A DNA stretch of 64,000 nt from Pavona decussata (taxonomy: Eukaryota): NCBI GenBank assembly GCA_977016875.1, contig CDRNST010000093.1, forward strand, positions 62,001 through 126,000, written 5' to 3'. Made by a program: the position numbers and the translations under genes. Below the pieces are notes generated by a model. It did not search any database, was not told the DNA's origin, and worked only from the letters and a program-made list of their open reading frames with translations. This document shows positions 48,126 to 61,450 of the stretch, piece by piece; the stretch's first letter is position 1; every line of letters starts with the position of its first letter.

Positions 48126-48300
48126 AGTGACACAGGCAAACTCGAAGAAAAGGAAATCCGAATGCTCCTACCAGGAGTCAAACCTAAGATCTTCCGTTTA
48201 CTAATTCGGATGCTCTACCACTGAGCTACAGAAGACTCGTGAGAGCCTAGGCCATTAAACTAGGTTCATGGGACAAACACCTGGATACTGCTAGGATTTG
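48126..48300 (-). mobile_element. tRNA-derived SINE, same family as 44720
   Basis: gtgacacaggc...aacctaagatcttccgttactaattcggatgctctaccactgagctac contains reverse A and B boxes. Confidence 0.7.
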
Positions 48301-49833
48301 ATTGTCAATGTGTTGCATATGCGCAATGGAATAAATGTGATGAGAATTAATGAAACAGGAGTTTATCGTAGAACGCATTGTCAAACCTGCATGATTCTCT
48401 AAGGAAATGACTTGTACAGCAAACGTATTTCAAGGAACTCAGTGATATTACGTAAAGAGGTTCGAGAGACGAAAGCTGATATTTTTTACCCAGATAAACC
48501 AAAATTTGTCCTAGGTGATACACGATTTTGTTTCTAGTAGATACCATAGAGTTATAAAGCAACAATTTGGGCCGAAGCTTTAAGCAGAGAAAAAATTCGT
48601 TTAGATATTTTGTCCACTTCTTAGTATGACAACAATATCAGTATTGAAACAACTGTTGGAATAATACATGCAAATTTAACAGGAAAAGTCTGATTGCTTT
48701 CCCTTTGGTAAATGAGACAATTATAAATAAGACGATTATGACTTCATAGTTACCTGCAAGATCTCGAATGCTGTTGTATGGGTTTATAACGTAGACCTCG
48801 ATCACATTTTAAGCTTGGCCAAGCTTTCTATTCAATGTAGATATGCTCGCGTGTTTCGTCAATAATGCAAGATCAACTAATTAAATAAATGCCTCTGGAA
48901 CTACGAAAAGATTGTTAACAATTTTTTGCCTAGAGTCAAACCACAAACTATGCATATTACATAACTGATATGGACCTCCCTCACTTTTTAGAATCGACAT
49001 GGAACTCTAAAGTCTGACCACACAAACGAATGCATTGAGAAGTTTTTCCAGCGATACTGTTTGCTTGAAATATTTCTCTAGTTGTAAATCAAAGCTTGGC
49101 CAATTTCTGTTTACGAACTCAAAGGAGTTTATACTGGGATAGCCCATAACACGCTTTTAGTGAACATACCTTTATCTCGGTTTTGTGTTTCTCAGCGGGA
49201 CATCACAGCACGAGTTAACCACTCGCGGGCCAAAATGACAACCGATTTCAATTTTTTAATGGAAAGAGATCAAGCGAAACCTACTCGCCTATTCCGTGAA
49301 ATTGCCCATGCATAGCAAATGGCGGTTAAACTTATGCTTAGTTTGAGACCGGGATGACGTCAAACAAAATAAACGCTGTGAGGTCACGTTATTCTGTTAA
49401 ATTAGCGAATGCGCGCGCCTGCACTGTTTTTTTGTAAAGGGTTGTCATCTAATTCTTGTAACACCTTGAATATCTAAAGGACACGTTTGATTAATGGCTG
49501 CCCAAAAATATGGCCAAATTTCCTTTAAAATGGCTATTCCAATGCACGTTAACTATTCATAAAATGTTTTCGATTACGGAAGAGATGGAAATGATAACTA
49601 CAGCTAGTGTCTACTTGACACAACGTTAATTGAAATAGCTGTATATAAAATTACACAATGTACAGTGCAGTCAATAATGATATGGAGTATAATTCATGTA
49701 CACATATATACAAAACTTAAATCAACATGGGCTCAAACAGCACTGGAAGATTCAAGTGATTAACTACCGGTCAAGAAATACATGTACAAGGTGTTTAAGT
49801 GTAAATTCAGGAAATTTTTGACCTAAAACCGAT

Positions 49834-52728
49834 GTTATGCATTGTCAATTCCAGCCATGCCTCCCCCCCCCGGTCAATCCCCGGGCATTCAATTAAGAAA
49901 AGAAAATGAAAATTTCCCCGGTGATGGGGCAACAAAGTCGCTCAAATGACCCGTGGTGTGAAAAAGAAGAAGACGAATGCCCAACCCCTGGGCTCATCAG
50001 TTCCAGCACTGCCCATCCCCACCCCTCCCCCCGGGCCAATCACCGGGCAAAATGACAAATGCCCCAGGGTGGGGGCAAAAAGTCGGTCAAATGCTCCGGA
50101 TGCAAGTGTAATCAAAGAAGGAGTCGAATGCCCCATCTCCGGACTCATACAGAAATTAACACTACCCAAGATAAGAAAGGTGTTACTCATCAGTTTTCAT
50201 TTTTCATTTGTTATATATGCAACTGCCTTTCCCTCGTTCTTTTGCTTCAGTGTAATGTCATCATCACTTTTCCAAATAACACTGCATGACAGTGCAATTC
50301 AGCAGTGTAAAATTAGAGCTTGAAATAAAAAATATTATACAGACATGTTTTAATACATGGAAAATCAAAGACGCATGATTTTTAAACAGAAAAAAAAAAA
50401 GAGGAAAACTTGGAAATGTTTTTAAAAACCCACCATCATGATAGCTTTAAAATCTATACGACCACCTAAAATAAGAAGATTTTAGTGGTCGCTTACGAGA
50501 GTCCAACCAGAGGGGTACTACTCAGGCAACGGTTCTGACATATCTACTTATTCGAAGAAAATTTATTTCATACATTTTCCTAGTTCCAATGCAAGCAGTG
50601 CTAGGTTGTCACTTAAAGTTCCTTGTTAACTCAAGGGAGTAGCGTAGTACATTCAGAGGACGTGGAGATCAGACCATGTGTCAAGTGGTCGCTTACAAGA
50701 GGTTAAAAACAATGAAAAATCATAATGCTGTCACCTCAAAAAGTGGTCGCGGTCGTTTACAAGAGGTTCCAACTATGTATAGGGCTTTGGCTCGGAAATA
50801 TTTGGTGCTTTGGATAGGTGGTCGCTTATGGGAAGTGGTCGCACATGGAGGTTCGACTGTATAAACTAATTTGTATATCAGTTACAGCATTGGGCCAGTG
50901 AGCGGTGAAATAAATAAGTGAACAATAATAAGAGGGTATCAATTGGGGTGTAGCTTTGACGGTTGACGGTCAAATTTTAGGGCTTTTGACGGTTGACCGT
51001 TTTTAAGAGGAAATTTCTTCCATGAGTTAGAGTTAATATTAACTTTTGCGCTTTCTAATATTAACAATTGTGTTTTGGAGGTTGTTTTTTGGTCAGAAAC
51101 ACGTTATCAATGTACTAAACCATTAATATTTTGAAACCAGAACTACTTCCAGACGGAAGTTAGTTGTGATGTCAGTTTAGACGCAAAGTAAATGGAAAAG
51201 ACCATAAAGTGAGTTTATTTGGGAACATGGAAACTAGTTTACCAGTTAAAACGATTCTTTGAGAGCCAAACGTTTGGGATGAGCAGCTGAAATAGTGATA
51301 TTTGAAAGAAACCGTTTGACGGCAAATAATAACTGGTTTTTTGACGGTTGCCGGTAAAAATTGCTCTTTTTTGACGTTCGACGGTTAAATTTTAGGTTGT
51401 TTGACGGCTGACGGTTAACCCCATTGCTACCCTCTAACAAAGAAGTGAGACTTCTAATCGATGACGTCAGACTGACTACTAGAATTGACGAAAATGCACT
51501 TGATCAAATCATCTTAATTACAGCGGTTACTAGCCTGTTCTTGGCTCCTAGAGCGATGCGCGAAGGAGAGTGCGAGGGGACGAAAACGAGGGGGGAATGG
51601 GCCCCTCGTTTTCGTCCCCTCGCACTCTCCTTCGCGCATCTCTCTAGGAGCCTGGAACAGGCTAAACGGTTACCAATAACACGCGACCTATCGCCTTCAA
51701 AAGACTCCGATAAAGTTGCGTTTTGGTGGACGTCAATCAAAGAAAAGCCGTTGAAATTAATTTGAATTCTGAGAACATTTCAAGGCAACAGAACGAAGAA
51801 ATTGACAGTTTTATCCGCTGACGGATGGTAAACTTTATGAAAGTTGATTTCCAAGACAGACTCTCTAAAAAATGCGCATTGTTTAGACGAAGCCGTATTT
51901 TTTTTATGAAAGATTTGAAATCGCCACACCTGACAATTAAATCAGCGATACGTGCAAGAGAGCAAATTATCACGTGCAGTGAAATCGAAATTTTTAAAAC
52001 CTTTTATTTGCGCTTGATCTGGCTGGAGAATCAATTTAAATAAAGCTTACCTTCTCTAAGCGAGGTAAAATTCTCAGTTTCTTGCAGGGTTACTTTGGAA
52101 TCTTGTCAGAATTCAAAATAATTTCAACGGCTTTTCTTTGATTGACGTCCACCAAAACGCAACTTTATCCGACTCTTTTGAATGCCGTAGGTCGAGTGTT
52201 ATTGGTAACCGCTGTAATACTTGTTGCCGTAGTCTCTGTCCTTTGAATTTGAAATGCGTGGTCGTCTACATCGCTCTTATCCTCCATCGCAGAAGCTCTT
52301 TTGGCTCGTCACGCAATCGTTCCTTTCGTTGGAGAGGAAAGATTGCGTGACGAGCCAAAAGAGGCTACATCGTTTTCGGATCCGTCGAGATGTCCGCAGT
52401 TTGCGTGCAAAAATTTTATAAATGCAATTTGGATCAGAAAAATGAAAGGAATGCAAAAAATAAAGAAGATATCCTTTAAAACATCTATCGACTTTTGCAA
52501 CCCTTGCTGAGTCAGCCATTTTGGAACAAAGTTTTCATCTTGCCCGACAAAATCTTCAAGGGAGTGACCAGTATTCTCTGCCACGTGCGGGACAGAAACC
52601 ATAAGGGGGTGTTAAATGCCCTGCGGGCAGCGATAAAAATTCAAATGCCTCATCCCTGGGATTACGTGATGAAATGCCCTACTAATGCCCTAGGGATGGG
52701 CACTGTTTGAATTGACCTAATGCATAAT
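49834..52728. mobile_element. Nest of non-autonomous DNA elements (MITEs within MITEs)
   Basis: Outer ends ttatgcattgtcaattc / gaattgacctaatgcataa. Inner TIR pairs lie at ~50931-51435 and ~51517-52217. A tagcctgttc...gaacaggcta element (51531-51664) is inserted in a TIR with duplicated cggttac. Confidence 0.65.
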
Positions 52729-55700
52729 CCCCATAGTACTAGTACTGCCCCTTAAATTGCACAAAGCTGAAAGAAATCTACTTACTATTTTGATTACAGA
52801 GCTCGAGAAAGTGCGTGTAAACACGCGAACTAGCGAAGCTGAGCGAGTGAAGAACTGGGGAATGTGCCTCTCCGTCGATTCAGTTCCAATAGTAAAAAAC
52901 TACCAGACTAAACTGTCAGATGAAATCCTATAAAGTGCATGTGACCATTCAAATGAAAGCTACTGAGCAGTACTTTCCAGCTACACACGGCGGTTTTCAC
53001 TTTGAAGCCTTAGAAGCAATCCTAAAGTGTGACCAATCATACGAAAGCTACTGAGAATTTGGTGCTGTTTGTTCCTCCATAATTTGGAAGGTTCTTCCGG
53101 TTTCAATATGTTCAAGAAGAGAAAGATTTGTAATATATTTTATTTCGCTTTTTTTTCTCCAGTGTTCATGGGCCTACAGTTTCTTAAAGCGTTAATTACA
53201 ATACACCCACGTACACGTTTTTTTTTTAGGACAAGACCTCCTTCGGACTGATTATATCAGACCCCTTTATATTCTTACTACTAGCTATAAAGCACGCTTC
53301 AATTCGTATATCGATCGTCCTCGGTTTAACCAGGGGCAGATCCAGATAGTTTATAGGACGAAGAAGAAGTCGAAACTGGTAGGAAAGAAATCGGCCAAGA
53401 AAAGTATGGAGAAAAAGTAAGAGCTCGGCCGTTTGAAACTGGTCCGTACAAAGTCTATCCACTGAGGCTCTTTCATCAAGTTCCTTCATACTTTCTTCGT
53501 CGAATTTTTTTCACACCCATTTCGAATTTTTTCTCGTCCCCACTATCCAGACTATCTGCTCCCCTGGGTCTCCGAGGCCGATGCTGTATATTCAAATGTC
53601 AGTTGGTGGTTACCGATAAATGTCAAGACATGTCTACACATATTACACCGATATTCCAGACACATGCCACAACAGATAATTTTATCACTCACTAACTGAA
53701 CCAAATTTATCATGTTACGATGTTTTTGCTATTGAAGCTGATAACACCATACGTACAATTCAAACATCTGAATGGCTGGGCGATGGCAATCACCTTGCTG
53801 TGCCATTAGAAGGAGTGAAAATTAAAAGAGTAATATTAATATTTGGTAGACACCCAAAACTGCCAACTACGCTTTCTCTGATGTGTGACGCTATGACAAC
53901 CTTATCTACAAATGCCGTTAAATCTTATTTTAGATCTTCAAAACTCGGCTAATATATTGCTAAGTAAAAATATTTCCACTAGCTTACCTCTATAAGTACA
54001 TTTCTTCTTATCTGCTCATCTACGAGTCAAGGAGAACAGGACATTTTGGCGGCCGCTTCGAACGCCAAGGCACTATCGACTTCGCTCGGAACCTTTGAAA
54101 TACAGTATATGAAATGAAGGCGTAAGTTAATTATAGAATAAAACAATTAGCATCACGAACAAATGGCTCAAAATTGAAATGGCTACGATGCTCGTTTGAC
54201 TAGGTACCTTCGAATTCTGTGTCCTTCCTATAGCTTGACTGATATAGCGATTCGCTGGCGTTCTACCAAGAGCTTATCCAGCATGATCCGAAATGGCGTG
54301 CGCGTTTGCGTCGTGACTTGAATTGTCACCGGATATTTGAGAGGCACTTCACCTTTCTACTTTAGTTAGGTATTCATTAAGTACCGTAAATACTTTGACT
54401 AGACAATAAGTAACCGAGAAATTTAAAGGACACAGAATTTGACGCCAGGGTGGCAGAAAAAATGAATGAGCTTCGAAAGTCTACAGCTCTCAGATGAAAA
54501 AGTAAAGGTATAAGGCCGGAGAAAGAAAATTTGGTAGTTAGTGTGGCTTTTCCTACGGGTGGGGGTAGGGGTGGTAGGGGGAGGGAGGGGTGGGTTGCGA
54601 GGGAAAGGCTTGCGTGACTTTTTTTTGGATTGTGACAAATAAAACTAGATAAAGGCTCTTGACTGTTCCATTAAAAGGACTCTATATTCTACATGTATTG
54701 CACATGCTAATGCCAATTACGTTGAAGTCAAAAAAGTGCTGCTCCATCGAGTTTTGTTGAAAATAAAAAATCACTATAATATTTTTAATTCTCAGAAAGT
54801 ATTCTAGTATACGTATTTGGATAATCAACGCTCCCTTGCAATCAAACATCTGACTGATTTAATCAAAATTTTTTTCTTCGGCTTATCCTTTCCATCGTTT
54901 CTTTTCGCTTTCTTTTGTTCTTTCTCTTGCTTGTTCCATTGTATTTAACCGTTTGCGGACCGAACCTACTTTCAAACCGAGAGGACGGTAGGTTAAGCCA
55001 TTCGGCGAAACATTTTTAAAAAGGGGTAGCTTCCATTCTTAGTGGTGAAATAATTTCCAGTAGGTCCAATAACAAATTTCCAATACGTCGTTTCTGTTTT
55101 TTCTGTTTTTGTTTGTTTGCTTGTTTGAAAATTCACCTGTAAAATTCTACTTGCTAAATAGATTCATGTGCTCGTGTCGCCGGTTTATACTTATCCGTTA
55201 CTACTACAAAAAATTGTGCACAGAAACCATAATTATTTTTTTCTACACTAGATGATGTTGTTGTTTATCGAATATAACAGCTTTCCTTCACCGGACTAGA
55301 AATTACTAGAAGAATAAATTCATAGCCGAGAATAAATATGGAGATCATACTGGAAGCTTTGCACGCTACCTTTACAAATGTAGGAATATTTTAGGATAGA
55401 TATAGTCCAGTTATTTAATTTTATACTTACTAAGCAAACTTATCCACGAGCAAGATTTAAACCAAGTATAATTTTTTTGTATTTATAAATACCTGCTCAG
55501 GCCATCCGCAGTGCTATTCTTTCTCACTCTACGACGGCTTTCGCCTTCTCTCTCAGCCGGTGAAGTTAAATACATGTACCGTTCTTTCACGGCATAATAT
55601 TTCGCTTAATCATCGGTAGGCGCTTTTTGCGCTTCAGGAAAGTTTGGACTGAACGGGCAAATAGCAAAAACAACCGCGTAACCGTCAGTAAGCGGAATTT

Positions 55701-56549
55701 CTGGCACAAAAAATAAATATTGAACGATAATATGCAAATGAGTTATTTCCATTTCACCTGACAAGTGTTAGCATAAAAACAATGGTAGTTATAGCAACAT
55801 TGTGTAAAGATTTGAGGTGCATCCACACTGATACTTTTTCACTCCACTTCCGTCTTTACCTCAAGTTCACACTTGGTGCGAATTTTTGGGGGTTAATTTG
55901 GCCATCCGTCAGAGATTGCTTTTGGAACAAGATACCCGGCGTCATGGAGGGCTGTAAGCTCTCAAAGTCACTAAATCCCAGAAATTATTTCGGGACTGGA
56001 AAGCTAATTCATTAATTTTGAAAGCTAGGACGTTGAAAACTTTCAGTTACTAGAGTCTTACAAGTCGATTAAGAAACATCTTGAGCTAGTTTGCACGACT
56101 GAAGCCTGCGCTGGTCGAAAGAAAACGGATTGAACAATTGTTTTGTAGTTTTGAGAAATGGACTTCAGGATTGCAAACGGTTATGGAATTTAGAAGCCAG
56201 GTCTGAAAACGGGTTTTGGAAAATGCCACATTTTGGCCTGAAATAAAATTCCTACAAGAAGTAAGTCTCAAGAGTATATTTTCTTTCTTTTCATCCGTTT
56301 CAATGGTCGTTTCGTAAAAGGAGATCATATACGAACATACATCGCATGACTCTTGATTCAATCCTTTTCGTGTCCCTCGCGGCACAGAGGGCAGATAAAA
56401 CATCGTCCGAACATTCCAAAACCCAACTCTGAACTTTGTGTCAGCGTCTACCCCGCTGATGGTATCATGATGGCAGTACATCCTATCCTATCGGTTTCAC
56501 TTCTTCCTATCACCCTCACTGTGTCACTGGTTATAGAACGTCTAGTTAA

Positions 56550-56646
56550 CCATTATTCCACTCACGCTTGTTGGATATGAGATGATAGATACGCGCCGAG
56601 AAGGCTATAATCATCTCATATCCAACAAGCGTGAGTGGAATAATTG
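56550..56646. repeat. Palindromic short element
   Basis: attattccactcacgcttgttggatatgagatgat ... atcatctcatatccaacaagcgtgagtggaataat. Confidence 0.85.
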
Positions 56647-59319
56647 TTTTATTAAAAACATGCAATCCAGAAATGTTGCTAGATCTTACTGATTTTGCTT
56701 TGCAAGAACAATCAGAAGACAATTCAATGGTTTCTTGGGCATGGTCTAATGGCTCATATACCATGGCCGCTAAGTCAATCAAATCCCTGGAATTGCATTA
56801 TGCAATGATCCAGTTTTTAATAATTGGTATTAGAGCTAGTCGCTCTTTCCACAACTTCAAAGCAAGATCCTCTCTTGCCTCAAAGGCTTTACAAGGTCTG
56901 GTGGGGCTTAAGCCCCGCCCTCGATTCCCCCCCCCCCCCCCCTTCCTTAGAGGGCCATGGACTGCACGAGTTTTCAGTGTCTAGCCTTGGACCGGTCTGA
57001 CCTGTGTGACATGGAGGATCTTCAGGAAGCATAGCTCCCGATAGTATAGCTCTCCATGCAGGCAGCCCTCACCACGACACGGCACCAGTCCCAATTTTTA
57101 AAAGAAGCTATACGAGCAAAACTGCATGATGGTTATCAAATGACAGGTGCAAAGTTCTGGCCAAATATTCTTGTGGTTCAGTCTTGCACGCCAAACTTTT
57201 TTTTTTTCAATGAAATGTCTTTAAATCAGTCAATGAACTTTTCTATGTTGAGTCTCCACTGCGTCAAGGCTAGGGTATTAAACGTAGTAGTAGGCAATAT
57301 CGAATATTAGTTGATCTATATTTCCCGTTTAAACTGGAGAAAACTACTTTTGAAACCACGTTGTCAACTTCATGCTGTCACTCCGGCATCGAAAGATCGA
57401 GCATTCACAGCGCATTGGTTTGACGACGAATCAACTTTCGTGTGAACTGTCTCAGAACACTGATAAAACCGTTTGTTCAAATCATTTTATTTTAGACGAC
57501 ATAAAGAACGAAGGCGCATGCATGCATCCGGGTGTGAACACTGCGGGCAGGTGAAAAACATGTGACACCGACAGCCGTCACTATGGATCAAAATGTTTTG
57601 CGGCGTTTTTGGCCAATGGAAATAGAAACGTTTGAAACTCGATGGCGGGATGATGATTGACCAAAAATATAAACCTTCTACCAAGATATGGTCCCCGTGG
57701 CCGCCCAACCCGTATAGGAGAGAACATCTTGTATCAGTTGCGTTGGTTCCAAGGGAACCAAAATTTTCTTTCATTGGGGCAGGGGCTCCATTCGGAGCCC
57801 CTGCCCCAGGTCAATCGTAGGTTTACACCTTCTTCCTTTCAAGGTGTGCACTATACTTAGTTTATATTTCTCGCTCGATGCTCTTTCTCATGTTTTTGTT
57901 ACAGGTCACAAAACAAGACAACATAACAGGCTAAAGATCCTTGATTATGTTATCAAAGTTCTAAGTACAAATTACCCTAAGTTCATGCGGGAGACTGCTG
58001 ACAAGGGAGGAAAAAACAGGACCCACCAAACCTCAAATCTCAGGTTGCGTCCTTATTGCATAGCCACCCCTCTACCAGCAGTAATAAATGGCAGTCAGAT
58101 AATTTATCTGGTAGGGAGGACTCTTGGTAGCTGAATATTTGTGTCAACTCAAATTTTAAAAGACAATAATTTTGTCGGTAATGTTTATGACATAGGTGGT
58201 GTCTTCCATAGCCCTCCCCCCCCCCCCCCCCACCTTCCTCCCCAGACAAGGTGGGTCCTCTTCGAACAAACTTGTTATGGCCAGTTCCCTAAAATGCAAT
58301 CAAACATCACAAAACAAGAAGACATCGTGAGTCAAAGAACCTTTATTATTTTATCGAAGTCTTGAGTACAACTTGGCCCAATAAAGTTCATGTGGCGACC
58401 ATCAAGAAAGATGACTGTTGTTTGACAACTACGTACTTCTAGTAATCTTATTTTCCTTTTAGAGGAAAAAAAATTAAAGGCAATGAAAGAAAATTATTAA
58501 TGGGTTTACCCGTGCAACGGAAAGGTGCAAATTTTGCGATAAATTGTTTAAAAATTCATTCAATTTTCACTTAATCCCGCTTATAATTTACTCTGTTTTG
58601 GTACCTTACTTTTCTTTTTTTTACATCGTTTTAACAATTAAATTTAATTCATGGCATTAATAGCTAGTATCTACAGCAAAATAATTGTTCTTAAATTTAT
58701 AGGAATAAATTTTCCCCAAGCTGCACTAAATTACTTCAAAAATTCCTCGTCAACCCAACGGGTGCAAGAAAGCAAAATAAAAAACTAAGCTAAATATCTA
58801 GCTCAATCCCTTTGGGTTGCTAATGTTTTCAAATGCAAATAAGTTCACAAGAAATAGAAAAATGTACGTCAAAAGCTTGGAGACAGTGGAACATTGAACA
58901 CAACATCCAGTGTGCCCAGACTTGGTAAACTCAAGTGTTTAAAGAACGTTTTTGAATATCAACCAGTGAGAGAAAAAGATTACTAACAACTATGAATTTC
59001 TAATCAATGTAATCAAACCTTCTCAGGGCTTGACTACTTCAATTTTGACATTTTCTAGAGCAAGTCCATTCAACCATTTACTGTAACCAGACAATCCACC
59101 GATCAACAGTGGCACCTAATCCAGTTTTCTGCTCGAGTTCGCATAACAAGGAAGCAATGTAATGTGGAATGGGAACAGAAGAAACAGACAACTTTTGCAA
59201 GGTCAGGAATAAATCTAGAAAGTTAATGAGTACCCAGTTGTTCCCAACTGATAGAAGTTGTTTCCAGCTAGCCAGCATCTTCCACCCCAGGTCAGCTCCT
59301 CCCTTTTGCACCTGGCTCC

Positions 59320-59437
59320 GGTTGTTCAAAGAGCGGAAAACTCTATCCAGTGGATAAATCGCTTTCCAGAGGATAAAATGTTCCCCAACCAATACATTTT
59401 ATCTGTTGGATAGCGATTTATCCGCTCTTTGAACAAC
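59320..59437. mobile_element. Short MITE
   Basis: gttgttcaaagagcgga ... tccgctctttgaacaac inverted termini. Confidence 0.75.
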
Positions 59438-60354
59438 TGTGGCCTGGCTTGTGCAGTCAAGCCAAAGGTTCTGGGGTTGAGAATGGCTAGGCTGTGCCGC
59501 AGATGGAATCAACCGATGGTAAATATCGTCTGTGAAGTAGCACTCAAAATGAAATCCTTTTTCCAGACACTCAACTGCATACCAGGATCTGAGTACACTC
59601 ACTGTGGCCTTTGCACAAGGTCATAGTTCAATTGGTCTGGTTATAGCCAATTAGATTGAAGGGGATTTTGAAAGTGACTCCCAGAATTTTGTTTCCTTCC
59701 TTGAGGGATCGAGAACAAGAATTTGGACACTAATTCACAGACGATATTTAGTGGCGGTCAATTCCGTCTGCGGTGCTGACTAAGGCTGGCTAGCAAGAGG
59801 CATTAACAAGAAAGATGATGCCCGATGTCATCCTACGTGTAAGCATTCACTGATGTGAACAGACAGACTGTGTCAGGACCTTTTCCTTAATGAACAAAAA
59901 CAGATGTTGCTAAGATCATCAAATTGAAATATTCAGAATGTATTTACAAGCCCACAGTTTAGACACGACCGTGAAGGACGCAGAAGGCAACAGATAAATC
60001 GTCTGTTTTCTCAGGTTAATAATACCCTAATGAATGCCAAAAATCTGTTTTCTTGCATTAAATAAATTAATCTTTTCCCATTTTCAAATGCCCACAAATA
60101 TACAAATCAGAGTGCAGATTATTTTCTTCTGCACAACTTTGAAGCAAAAACTTTAAGCTGCATGACATTCTCTGGAACTATACTATAAGGGAGGAGAATG
60201 ATGTTAGCAAACCCCAACCCCAAGTGCAAATTTCAATATATACAGAAGATAGCCTTTGGTTTAAATAATGTACATTTGATGCATGCAGCCTCACACATTA
60301 TATCATACTCTCTATTCAATAGTCAGTACTTTGTCAAATAATTTATCTGTTCTC

Positions 60355-61450
60355 TTAGTAAACATAGTAAAAGTTCGACGACCCAGGGTTCAAATAGCTC
60401 TGCAAATGCCGCGACTGTTCCACTGCTGCAGTCACGCGCTTATTAAAATCACCGTGTAACGTTTCTCCACCTCTGGGAACTCTGTAGAGGAACCCTTCCA
60501 CACCAAGCATACACAAGCCTTTCCCATTCATCAAGAACTTGTCGGCAGTGACATCTCGTATGCTGTATCTGTCTGTCGCCCATTTGAGCCACTCCATGAC
60601 CTCCCATTTGTTCCACATTCTAGGATCTAAAACAAAAAGAAATAATCATCAGTATTGCCCTCTGATTTGCACCGGTCATTAACCTAACATTTAAAGCTGT
60701 GGAAAGCGTAAGAGTTAACAAGTGTACAGTGTTTTCGCAGCTTCAAAAGCGAAAGCCTTTGGAAAGAAATTAGGCTTGAATGGGACTTGAACCAATTTTT
60801 TAGAGTAATGCAATGCATCGCTTTATGTACAGAGGGGAACAGATTTAAAAGTGATCATTTGCGAGTTCAAATTCCTTCCACAGATGACTAGTTAAACAAA
60901 TAATACAAAATGATCAGACCTTTAATCAGGACACGTGTCTGTTCTGACTATTTAAGTTGTATTAAAGGGTTGAACATCTGTCATCTTAGATGATTAAGTT
61001 AAATTAAACAAATGTAGGGAGACACAAATACTTAAAAATAATTAATGTCTGGTTCAGGTTGGCCAATGTCCAAGGAACAACTGTTAAAGTCAGTCTACGT
61101 CATGCATGACCAGTATTTCCGGAGAATGAAATGAACATTCAAATTCGTCTTTGTAATGTCCAGCATTTGAATAGATTCTTGAAGATTTCTTTGGAAATCT
61201 GAGTCTTGCTGGCAATGTTTAAAACGGCCATGTAAATTTCAGGAAATCTATACCCAGCCCCCTAAAATAGATCTTGCACATCTGAAAATATTGTAGCTAC
61301 ATGTGCATGTAAATTATTTGGAACAGCACTTACCGGCCGGAACTCTGGGCTGCTCGAAATTGAACACATTGTCCTCGTCATCTATATCTGGCACGACACA
61401 GTCTTCAGAAGTTGACGTGCTGCCTTTCTTTCTTGTTGGTGACGGAATGT
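60355..61450 (-). CDS. 3' exons of a Pointed (SAM_PNT) domain protein with no ETS domain after PNT (MAE/edl-like); 5' exons not identified
   Basis: Exon 61334-61450 (...EQPRVPA) splices in phase to exon 60355-60626: DPRMWNKWEVMEWLKWATDRYSI...FLMNGKGLCML...FLYRVPRGGETLH, then a stop. Confidence 0.82.

Noticed and set aside
50945-51420. Repeated tttgacggttga units as a CRISPR-like array
   Set aside because: They are short subterminal repeats inside a TIR element, without regular unique spacers or cas genes, in a eukaryotic context.
43600-59500. Numerous 60-130-aa ORFs in the repeat-rich tract
   Set aside because: They overlap MITEs, SINEs and simple repeats and show no domain signatures. No transposase or reverse transcriptase ORF was recognised.
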